Under the pieces are notes generated by a model that worked only from the letters and a program-made list of their open reading frames with translations, did not search any database and was not told the origin of the DNA. 32,984 nucleotides of DNA. Source: Macrostomum lignano (Eukaryota). The translations under genes were made by a program, and so were the position numbers. The stretch lies in assembly GCA_002269645.1 (NCBI GenBank), contig NIVC01004862.1:1-32984 (forward strand), read 5' to 3'. Of the stretch, positions 1-9,960 are shown piece after piece. Each line of letters opens with the position of its first letter. The first letter of the stretch is position 1.

Positions 1-2271
1 GGGGTCGCGATAGTCATACGAGTCGATCCTCCTAGAGTGCACGAGAGCTCTCCGCGCATACGGATATCATAGACCGGACTCACAGAGACTTGGCCTAAAA
101 CTCAACGTCAGTACAGTAGAGTGTAAGTGGATTTGTGTTGAGTACTATCCTGAATCGCATCTGTCGTATCTAAGTCGATTTAAGCTGTACGCTCGTATAA
201 ATCAGTGTGAATTTATGATATTGACAATGATTTCGGTTATCACTAAACACGCATGTTATCAATGACGCGCTGAAAACACACACACAGGACCACAAAGCAG
301 TAAATAAGGGAACTTGGCCAAATGGACCAAATGATCTAGCAAGGGTCGATCAGATTACTCGTAGATCTTAAGCCAAAACATTGACAAATACAATTTAATG
401 ATGCAGAGCATTGATAAAAAGTAGTCTAATGCCTAGTAATGAATAAAGCACCCGGCGCTATTACAAACCTTAAATGGGGAATTAAAAGAAGTAAAGTGCA
501 CCTGAAAAAAAGTAGATATGCATAATAATAACGTAGCAGCGTGCCAAACAGTACCTGAGTTGCTTACGTACAGCTGGATCTACAGACGACTTGCTTTCGA
601 TTTGAAAGTCGACCCTCCTGGGTAAGGTCGGCTGCTCCAAAATCCTTAAACTGCTTTTGTACAGCAGCTGCATTGTCGCTGCATCTTCTGCCGTGTCCTC
701 TCGTCCTCTGCCGTCATCAGAGTCGTCCGGATTTCGGATGTTTGCTTCCCAAAATTGATAAGCCATCGCTATCAAATCACACAACTCTGATGTAATAAAG
801 CTAGCTCGATGGCGGTAGGAACGAACACTTTAAGGCTGATTAGCATTACCGCTGAAAGCTCCGCAGGTCCAGGATTGCTCAAATCAATGTACAGTTGTTT
901 ACAAAAGTTTAAATGTCTTTTTTCCAATGCGCCGTCCATGCCCGATCCCAACCAGCGATACCCGATACTCAGGTCCCCCCCGATGACTCATTCCCTACCC
1001 ACCCAACCTCCGCGCTATTGTCCAAATTCACCCAAGCGAAATGCACCTAGTGACCTCCCATCCCTGCCTACAGCCCATAGTTTAAGGAAATGCATGGATT
1101 GTTCATCTGCAAATTGTCTGTGGCCCCAACATAAGCTAAAACCAATAACTTTGAAACGAGGAAAGTATTTATAGACTCACTCAGCCAATGCAATTGAAGC
1201 GGGGGACTACCCAAGATGGGGGGGAGACATTTCCCAGATGAGCAAATCCATGATATTACTTCATCCATGTTCCAGTGCGTGATTACCATCGTTGATGACC
1301 GCGGCATTTAATTTGGTCCAACAACAATTTGGTCCAAACGTCCGTGAGCCATTTGGCGAACTCTTGCCTTCTCGCAACCGTCAGTAGGTTGTCGCGTAAC
1401 GCTGGAATTTCAGCGTCTCTAACAACAATTATCAGTCACTTTTCCAGAGCTCTGCTGATAGTCGAAATCTGATAACCAACTGGAGCTGTTCCTAATTAAC
1501 TTCTACTGTATTTTCTACAGCGTCAACAAAGGGTTTCTCAATTCCATTGAGTATTGGACCTGAGGCTCCAGCAACTTGCCTTGGCGATTGCTACCCTTTC
1601 GCAGGCGACTTATGCTGGCAGTAGTTTAAGCGCGCTGATGGATGCTGTAAACCTATCTTTTCTTTTACATTCAACAACCTTGCAATGTCCTTTGGGTGTT
1701 CATCTCCGTCAAGCGCGCCGATTATGGCATTCGCTCGAGTTCGACAGCCTAGCATGTGGTCCACAATTCTGGGGCTGATCTTGCTCCTCCGCAGCAGTTG
1801 CAAATGAAGCTACGGACTAAATTGATGCTCGTTGGACCGAATTAATATCCGCTGTGCTACGACCTACGAGCTACCATGGACAAAACTCCATAGGCACTAA
1901 AAAACGTATCTTGGATTAAATTCAATGGGCGTAAGCCCTAAATGGGCTGCAAAAAGCTATATTGTAATCACGATATTTGTAGCTAAATTTCTAGTGCACA
2001 ACATTACACTAGCCAATACGTGATCACAAGCCTTTTAAGCACGCTTTCACAATAGCGCTTATTGCGCGTCCTGGTACAATGCCATGCAGCAATACCATCA
2101 ATGCATGGGTGCGCGAACCATAAAAAACAATGCTTTAAATGTAAGATTTAACTGTATTTGTCGGTTGCTTAGAAGAAAGGACAGTAAATTTAAGGCAAAC
2201 AGTATAGTAAAAATACCAATGCGATTTTTATAGATTGATACATAAATTAGCTACAAGATCAAGAACCCTAA

Positions 2272-2387
2272 GGGCTCGTTCTATAAAGCCATCGTAAGAT
2301 AAGATCGTTCTTAGGTCCGATCTCCGCAGTGTAAAAGTTCTGACGTGCGATCGAACTTACGCTACGACAGCTTTATAGTACTACCCC
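2272..2387. mobile_element. PIF/Harbinger-type (Tourist-like) MITE, 116 bp
   Basis: Imperfect terminal inverted repeats: GGGCTCGTTCTATAAAGC versus the reverse complement of the right end, GGGGTAGTACTATAAAGC (15/18). Flanked by TAA at 2269-2271 and 2388-2390, the typical Harbinger target duplication. Confidence 0.65.
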
Positions 2388-3232
2388 TAAATCTACAATA
2401 CCAGCGTACTAACCTGTCTGTCTAAGAATATCTGAAATTAGCAGGCGAATTAAGAGACAGACATTGATTAGTGGCTTCTAAAAGCTTTCGACGAAGAAAC
2501 TTCACACTGTCTCTATTAGAGTGATGAGATTCACCCTGATAGTCCGATGGAAGCAGAGCCGATTTAAGTGCTGCCGGATCTAAAACTGTCAACTCCACTT
2601 CTAGTAACCAGCATGTTGTTCAAAACGCTACTCTTATAGCATGAAAATGAAGTACATTATGAGCCAAAAGTAAAAAATTGAGTCTTTCTTTAAAGGTTTG
2701 CCTCTTCCCCCAGTTTCTACTTATTATTACCAAAAACTCTTCTATTCCAGCAAAAGCTATCATCAGGTTTTATAACAGGTTTTATTTTTCTGTTATCTTA
2801 TATGCATACAAGACAGAAAGACTTTCAGACGCACTGGCCTCCAAAGGTGAGGTGAGGTGAGGCTCACATCTCAAAATTCGCAGAACTGAGTATCTATTTA
2901 AGGCAGTGTATTTTATGGTCAAAAATAACGCAGGCACCATATAAAAAAAATTGAATTGTTTTAGCGGGGTAAGGCTTTAGCGCTAGGCAACCATCAATTT
3001 CCCCAAGCATTTGCTGCCAGTTTTCTTTGTCACGCATATGCAGGCTGCTGGATTGGCCCTCAAACCTCTACTGCTTCGTTATTGGGCATTGAGATCGGCT
3101 AGCCTGGAGCTGGTCTGCTTGGATAGCTCTGTTCGAGACGAGAAGAGGTCGTTGTTTTTTTCACTCCGATGTAAGCGCTTTTCCAGTGCTTATACACTCG
3201 TGCATATCTACATCACTAATACGCTTGAGCGG

Positions 3233-3385
3233 TGATGTAGCTTGAGCAGACGCTTATTATATTTTGAGCCCTGCGGCTCTGCTCACACATTATTAACCAT
3301 AGATTAACTAGGCCGTTGGAATAACTTAAATGGATAACTTAGCATATGAGCTCTTTATTCTTACAAGGCGTCAAACACTCCTCCC
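3233..3385 (-). mobile_element. Candidate polypurine tract plus short 3' LTR of the gag-bearing element
   Basis: On the minus strand GGGAGGAG (3385-3378) is followed directly by TGT. An AATAAA follows, and the segment ends in ...CTACATCA at 3233. A matching 5' LTR was not clearly found. Confidence 0.35.
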
Positions 3386-3599
3386 AAATAGACCTTGGTA
3401 CCGTCCAAGAGTTCGCAATAGTTCGTGTGTCACCTAGTCTTCCTAGGGGTAGAATAGCGCAGTCAGTCAGTTGCATTTCATGTGCGCTGACTGCGATCAT
3501 CTCTCTGATGACTCTGATCTCAGTCAGTTCTGTCTATTCAGTTCTGCCAGATACTTCAGTTACGTTTCTCTCTTTTTAGTATCAATAGTGTCTTTCCGT

Positions 3600-4190
3600 G
3601 CCTTCCTCAAAGTGTCTCAACTCCACTCCACTTCAACTGTTCTGGAGATACTTGATCTGCACGCAGCTTTGAAATGACCTGTCTTTCCAAAGGTCAAGCA
3701 CATTTTCGAACGATGTCGGCACACGTCCTTGTGGTGTCTGTTCCTGTCACAGCAGAAGCAGTTTACTTGGTCTCCTTGATTCCGTTGGTTATACTTCCGA
3801 CGAGACTAAAGTGGATGTTTTGTGATCTTTCTGTCTTGTATCCAGCTTGTGTTGTGGAGCCGTTTTATTGATCAGAAAAGCGTCACTTCTTTCATTTTTT
3901 CTTTCACATTGGCGTCGCGGCTTCACATGCACTGGCCACGGACGTCACCTTCTCCCGAGTGAGGTCCTTCCTTTTTTCGGTCAGAAGCTTTCTGACAGTC
4001 TCCATGTTGGCAAAGCTAAATACAAACTTGCTTTTGCTTCTTGCTTCTTGCTTCAGATGGTGGAAAGCGTACCGATAGGCCAAGTCTTGACTATGCGATT
4101 GTATTTGTTTCCTTCATTAGAAATTCCTTCAGCTTGTCCGTATCTTGTGGCTTTTGAGGGAAAAATCATCGGCCAGCCAGTTAAAGGCTT
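3600..4190 (-). mobile_element. Degenerate Ty3/Gypsy-like gag relic
   Basis: Manual minus-strand translation gives LAYRYAFHHLKQEA, ETVRKLLTEKRKDLTREKVTSVASACEA and tandem zinc knuckles CFCCDRNRHHKDVC / CLTFGKTGHFKAAC (~3657-3760). Interrupted by stops and frameshifts. Confidence 0.75.
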
Positions 4191-4951
4191 TTAAAGGATC
4201 GTTGAAGCCATTGGCTCACTTCAGCCACGACAACTGCATCTAAGCAGTGCTAGTTTTGTGATCAATACAGGAGAAGAACCACAAATTGGCGATGTAGCAA
4301 CGATTAAAGGGCTACTGATGAGCAGATAATCACTAATTATACTTTGAACCATGCGGCTCTGCCCAGACAACCATTGTTGACCATAGCATAACTAGGTTGT
4401 GGTAATAACTCAAAACAGAGGTTTCCTATATGTATGAGCGGTATTTTCTTATGAAGCGTCAAACAATTTTCCGACTTAAGGAATTTTTCAGCATTTTCAT
4501 AAAAACTGGGGGCAAAATGCAATGCAGACAAAATCCGCGTGAAGCTAACTGCACTGCAGTAAAAATTAAAGTATTGCGGGAAACTCTCGGGGGGGGGGGC
4601 AACTTCAGTGCTCCTCCTTCCTAGAGCGAGTCGCTCAGTGCACTCTTACGTCTTCAGGACTGCTCAATGTAATTTCAACTAGTCCAAGGCTTACTTGGAT
4701 GCGATAAATGTTGTGAGAATATAAAGCATACATTCGTCAGCGTTACAACTAATATGTTACAAACCGAAAACATTGATTTCTTGAATCTTGGCAATGGGCT
4801 TACATGTAATCTCGATTGCTTGCAAATTGTTGTAGGAATTCTGTTTGAAACTTTCGTAGGAGCCAGGCCTGCGAGAAATACCTTTCTGTCTTGGAAGGAG
4901 AAAGAATAGTCATCTATAGTTTAAGTGTAATGCCTAATCATAAAACTAATA

Positions 4952-4957
4952 TTTATT
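4952..4957 (-). promoter_or_regulatory. Putative polyadenylation signal of gene 1
   Basis: AATAAA on the minus strand ~195 nt past the stop. It lies in a block (CATAAAACTAATATTTATTGAAACATT) that is identical downstream of gene 2. Confidence 0.5.
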
Positions 4958-5152
4958 GAAACATTCAATTAAATTTCAGACAAAAAACAAGCAAACGTTA
5001 TTTGAAAAGTTAAATACTCCACCAGTTAAGCGTAAACCAGTCAAATGTTTTATAAACCGCAACCAAAAAGTAACACTTGGTTCGACTGCACGGACCAACG
5101 ACCAGTTGTTCAACTTGAATGTCACAACTATTCGCATGATGGTGTTCAGAGG

Positions 5153-6838
5153 TTAGGCGATGGTATTTGTCTGAGCTGGAGCAGCCTGTCGGTTCATCTC
5201 TGCCAGCATTTTGATCTCCTGCTCGCAAAATCTCTGACCGAACAGAGTAGCCGAGATGGTACGGGTCACAGCCGCATTGAGCTGAAAGACACCCAGAGCC
5301 AACACTTCGGCCATTTGACGCGAGCGCTTCGGGTCGTAGCAGGCATTGTTGGGCCAGAGAGTGTTCTCCAGGTAGTTGCGGCACAGCGGGTCGCAGCCGG
5401 TCCGAGAGAAGCACTTGTTGGCGGCCATTTCAGAATAAACTCGTTTCGGCATGTCACCGTTTCGCATCGCGGTGATGTTGCAACCCCTCTCGATCTGAGG
5501 AGTGATGCCGCTCTCCACCCAGCACCGGTTGATTCCAGATACAGCGACACAGTGTCCGAGCTTGTCATGGTTAGTTTGGGCTACATTGTTCGGATAGTAG
5601 TATATCAAAGCGAAACACATTTCATCTCTGGCGCCTTCTCCAAGGAAGATGGTAACGTTGCTTTTTAGTGTGCTGTAGTAGCATTCGGTCTTTACTTCGT
5701 CACCTTTCCGGTATTCGATCGGTGGGTCGAAAGTGTGCACCTTCGGGGATTTGAAATCGTACACTTGAAGAGGAGACAGGTCTTTAATCATAGTTCCGTT
5801 TCTCCACAGCGAGATGCGTCCTTTAATGCCATAAGCGTGCATGTGAATGAGTACGGCGGTGATGTAGCGAGTCTCAGTGTGGTACCGGTTCGTGCACACC
5901 GAAGGGCACGTGTGGTTCACGCTGATCAACGGCTGTCGCGGTGGAAGAACAAGATTTATCTCGCCATACATAAGAGTTCCCAAGTCGTATGGTCGAAGGT
6001 TTTGTGTAAAGTAAAGAGCGAAGCCAGAAGCATCTGTGTAGTTAGAAATCCTCATCGGGTTGTTCCAGTGAAGCTGCAAAACTCCATACCGAATACCCTC
6101 ACCGCCAAATCGGAATCCCGCGTTGCTGTTGATGCACTCACCTTCGAGTCCATAGGCCCAGAGGTTCAGCAACTCGGTGCAGTTTCCAATGGGCATGAAA
6201 CACGGTTGTGAATTATTGAAAAGCGTCTCTGCGGGCTTGACATTGCAGACATACATAATCATGTGGTGCATGACGTTCTTGTTGTCAATGATCGGCCTCG
6301 ATCCGATCAGGTGAACCGGAGAGGCAGTGTTGTTCAGCTCGAACGCCTGACAGATGTAGGTTGTCTCTGTGGCGGGCACGGGAGTCGGTTTGAGGGTGAA
6401 GTTTCTCACGAAAACACCGGGCTCTTCGAATGCTGGACAGCTGAAGGCCTTCGGACACACGGTCCACGAGTTCTTGCACGTCGCGGAGTCGAGCGGGCAG
6501 ATGCCAGGGTGGGACAGTCCAGTCGTTCTCGACGGAGCCGCACCGACCTTCCACACGCAGTCGGGGTCTCCGAGCTCTTGGCCGTTCGTGAGTCCGTCGC
6601 CGTCTGAGTCCTTGCGGCACAGGTCGACCGTCCACTGGAGCCCGGCCGCCTTGAAGTCCAAGCCGAAGGGGTTTCTCGCGTTAGCGCCGGCGGGACTCTG
6701 GTGTCCGACTCCGGCCCAGATGGCGCCTGGCTGGCACGGGTTCGGGACGCGATCGCCGTTCGGGATTCGGGACTGGAAAATTTTGTGTGCGTGAGAGCAG
6801 CTGAGCAGTGCGGCCAGAGCCACAGAAAGCAGCAGCAT
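5153..6838 (-). CDS. Gene 1: secreted temptin-domain copper type II ascorbate-dependent monooxygenase (DBH/TBH/MOXD1-like), 561 aa
   Basis: Uninterrupted ORF. Signal peptide MLLLSVALAALLSCSHA; temptin-like IPNGDRVPNPC...GVGH...NPFGLDFKAAGLQWT.DLC.KDSDGDGLTNGQELGDPDCVW...LSHPG; ETTYIC; CuH ligands MHHM and LQLHWNNP; CuM ligands IHMH and DEMC; many N-glycosylation sequons; no C-terminal TM. Confidence 0.95.
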   Translation of the reverse strand: MLLLSVALAALLSCSHAHKIFQSRIPNGDRVPNPCQPGAIWAGVGHQSPAGANARNPFGLDFKAAGLQWTVDLCRKDSDGDGLTNGQELGDPDCVWKVGAAPSRTTGLSHPGICPLDSATCKNSWTVCPKAFSCPAFEEPGVFVRNFTLKPTPVPATETTYICQAFELNNTASPVHLIGSRPIIDNKNVMHHMIMYVCNVKPAETLFNNSQPCFMPIGNCTELLNLWAYGLEGECINSNAGFRFGGEGIRYGVLQLHWNNPMRISNYTDASGFALYFTQNLRPYDLGTLMYGEINLVLPPRQPLISVNHTCPSVCTNRYHTETRYITAVLIHMHAYGIKGRISLWRNGTMIKDLSPLQVYDFKSPKVHTFDPPIEYRKGDEVKTECYYSTLKSNVTIFLGEGARDEMCFALIYYYPNNVAQTNHDKLGHCVAVSGINRCWVESGITPQIERGCNITAMRNGDMPKRVYSEMAANKCFSRTGCDPLCRNYLENTLWPNNACYDPKRSRQMAEVLALGVFQLNAAVTRTISATLFGQRFCEQEIKMLAEMNRQAAPAQTNTIA

Positions 6839-7569
6839 TATGGTATACTAATTCGCTCGTATATATCTGGATATTTTAAAAATGCGTAATGCGTAACTTA
6901 ATAGTATTTAGATGGAGGTCAATGATCTCTAATCTCTCTAAGACAGAAACCAAAAGAAGAATTTCTGTGCGGAAAGAGGGAGGTAGACAGAAACAGCTGT
7001 TTTAATATGGATAATAAGAGGTGGGTAGTCAGCAGTAGTTTGGGCAGTCAGCAAGCATGTTTCAAGTTTGTCCTTCAACCCATTGCCCAGTGTATTGGGT
7101 TTGTATGGGGGTGGAACTGCACCAGGAAGAGCAGTGGTGTAAGAAGAAAGAGATTCACAATTTACTGGCCTCCTAGTAGTCTAACTTAGAGTAATGGCAT
7201 TGCAACGCCTGCGTGAGCCCAGAGCTGCTTTTCTAGCATGCGTTGGGGGGCTGCGGAAGAGTAGGAAACCATTCGGCAGCCGGATAAGCATCGATTTTTT
7301 CTAGTAGACTGGCATAATGCGTGTGACAGATAAACTCATTCAAGTTGGGGAATATGCTTGTGCGCATGCGTGGAACGTGCGTTATGAATTTCGGGCCAAG
7401 AAATTATTTTACCTATTCATTCGGTCCTGCGCCTCTGGATGAATAACTTCAATTAATCTATATTAAAAAAAGAGTTCAGCAAATTTTTGTTGCTCACGTT
7501 GCTCATTCGCGTGTCACATCTTCTTCGTTAGGACCTGCCCGTAGGACCTGGAGCTGACCCTCGACTACG

Positions 7570-7957
7570 ATGTGACCCGGCGACATATCAAAGCTTCGCA
7601 GACTTGGGGTCCTAATGATGACAGGCTCAAGAAGATCTACCAAAAGGAAAAATCGCCAGAATTACCACCAACCATAAAGTTTCGACTCTCGCAGTTACGC
7701 ACGGGACACTGTCGCCTCACTAACTACTGGAGTCAGATAGTGGGGCTGGCACCCCGAGCCTTTCCCCGAATGCGGGAGTACTGAAGACAAAGATCACTGG
7801 TTCCTGTGCCCTAAGTGAGACTGGCTTCGGTGAGCTCTCGATGCGCACTTGCTTGAGGACTTAAGTAATGAGGACTTGGTGTTAAGATTCCTTCGGTCAG
7901 CCAAACCCGGAGTGGCTCTGGTCGGTTACTCGTTCCGACGACACACACACACACACA
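7570..7957 (+). mobile_element. 3' end of a non-LTR retrotransposon (I/Ingi/R1-like ORF2 C-terminus) with (AC)n tail
   Basis: LSQLRTGHCRLTNYW, then in a shifted frame PECGSTEDKDHWFLCP (CCHC knuckle remnant), then LVLRFLRS, ending in an (AC)n run at ~7941-7957. Confidence 0.7.
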
Positions 7958-9120
7958 GTAGCGGCAGCGCCTGTGAAAACAGCAGTGCCAACATCAGCAC
8001 CTACGGCGGCAACAGCAGCAGCGCCAAAAGCGCTACCAGCGACCGGGACCTACACCTGCGAGGTGCGAACCAATGTCGCGCCCTTTAGACGGCGACCGAA
8101 ATTCGCGCCGGCCGCAGACTCATGGATGTCACAATTCTTTGCATCCCAATCGATCTTACCCTCCTGCAAGCTTCACCAAGAGCATCTGTGAAGTGGCGGC
8201 TTCTTAACGTGGCTCGTCTACGAAAACAAACTGCCAGCGGACTGCGCCGCGACGAGCACCCGAATGATGGTGGAATGCCAGCATCACGGCTACCGGACAT
8301 TTGCCCTCCGGCATTTGCCCTCCGGACATTTGCCCTCCGGCATTTCCCCTCCGGACATTTGCCCTCGAGGACATTTGCCCTCGGGGACATTTGCCCTCCG
8401 GACATTTGCCCTCCGGACATTTGCCCTCGGGGACATTTGCCCTCGGGGACATTTCCCCTCCGGACATTTGCCCTCCGGACATTTCCCCTCTGGAAAAGTA
8501 CAGGTAAGGCTGGGGATAGGGTAGGGCGCGGGTATATATTGCTTACTAGAAAAGGATGAGTTGTTGGCTGGAGAAGAACCTGATGGATGCAAGAGGCGGG
8601 AGGATGAGGTTGGTGCTGGAGGAACGACGGGTGGGTACAGGAGGAGGTGAGGTGAGTAATGTGCGAGGGGGTAAATTTGCAGAGGGCAAATGTGCGGAGG
8701 GGAAATGTCCGGAGGGCAAATGTCCGGAGGGCAAATGTCCGGAGGGCAAATGTCCCCGAGGGCAAATGTCCCCGAGGGGAAATGTCCGGAGGGCAAATGT
8801 CCGGAGGGGAAATGTCCCGGAGGGCAAATGTCCGGAGGGCAAACGCCGCCGAGGGGAAGTGCCGGAGGGCAAGTGCCGGAGGGGAAGTGCCGGAGGGCAA
8901 ATGTCCGGAAGCGCAGCATCACACGTGCTGCGGCCTGTCGACACGCTTCAACAAGCTGCTGGCCGTCGTCAACCTCACCTCGCTCAGCCACATCGGCGCT
9001 GAGAGGGCTTGCAACCTTAATTGGCGAGAGGATGGGCCGCTTGACTGCCACCTGGACTGCCTCCGAGGGCTGGCGCACATTTCGTCCCCAGCTGTGGCTC
9101 AGCAGCAACCTGATCTTTGA
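7958..9120 (+). pseudogene. Possible decayed coding sequence disrupted by the foldback insertion; product unknown
   Basis: One frame runs from the P/T/A-rich ORF at 7973 through a single TGA (8189-8191) to the target site. After removing 8288-8922 (insert plus one TSD copy) it continues in frame to TGA at 9118-9120. No family recognised. Confidence 0.3.
8288..8913. mobile_element. Foldback/Mutator-like non-autonomous element whose inverted arms are 15-bp tandem arrays
   Basis: Left arm (CGGACATTTGCCCTC)n at ~8293-8490, right arm the reverse complement at ~8683-8908, with a ~190-bp unique spacer. Perfect 9-bp target duplication CAGCATCAC at 8279-8287 and 8914-8922. Confidence 0.85.
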
Positions 9121-9750
9121 CACCTCACTCCAGAATAACTTTCACTCTATAACTATTCATTCGGCCTAAAATGTCCTGCCCTTTGCAACGTTTTCTATCC
9201 TCTTTTTTTACACTTTAATATTGCCACACTTATTAACACTTACATGTTTGGTTTATTTAGCATTCACTATTCGATCTATAACTCTCCAATGGAACCGGTA
9301 ATTTTACTTTCTAATATTTGAGTACAACTTTGCAATTACGCTCGTACACACGAGCCTTGTCATCCTCTTACATTATGCACACATTAAGCATTATAGTTGT
9401 CAAACGCGGTACACAAATATTTGCTACACTTTTCGATCGCCATAGCTACTCAATCCAATAAATGTTTTTGCACTACTTAAAATTGCAATGTGCAATATTT
9501 TTTAAACTCTTTTATATCCACTCCTTGTAGAAGTTATCGTAATATTATTATACGAATGACAAAATTAAAAAATGAATTTTGATGTGCTCCATCGCCAACT
9601 GTATTTTTTCGTCTTCGTGTATCTGCTTACATTGAGCGAACCCACCCAACCTCCAACCCACCAGCCAACCAACCCACCCCCTTCCAAACTGTGCTATTTT
9701 AGAAACTACTTAAAGGCTGGCCCTGCCTTCTGGTGCCTCTGCGCTTTAAG

Positions 9751-9960
9751 TTAGTTCCATAGACAGCATGCCTTGGGCGTTCTAGCACGAGCGCTAGCCT
9801 GTCTTTGCTGTATTGCATACTCTATGGCCCAAGCTGGTGCTGCTGAAGCAAGGTTTGGCTTCAAAAGTGCTAATACCGAAGGCATATCTGCTAGAGTTTG
9901 AATACGCAGCTTTTTGTGATACTGTTTTTGCATGACTGCGTCTGCTTCGAGGCTTCAGTG
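9751..9960 (-). mobile_element. Degenerate LINE ORF2 fragment (post-RT region)
   Basis: LALLKPNLASAAPAW resembles the L.RP.LEYA...W motif downstream of LINE reverse transcriptase. Short and decayed. Confidence 0.35.

Noticed and set aside
1-300. GVAIVIR and GLTETW motifs suggesting a LINE apurinic endonuclease
   Set aside because: The motifs are in the wrong order, short and interrupted by stops; not supportable without a search.
5010-6889. Many antisense and alternate-frame ORFs overlapping gene 1 (and the equivalents over genes 2, 3 and 4, up to 274 aa)
   Set aside because: Shadow ORFs from GC-rich codon usage. No recognisable motifs, and their ends are not conserved between paralogs.
8085-9169. 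Long ORFs (to 277 aa) with PEGKC/RTFAL/GHLPS repeats
   Set aside because: Translations of the 15-bp array, which lacks stop codons in all frames; not genes.
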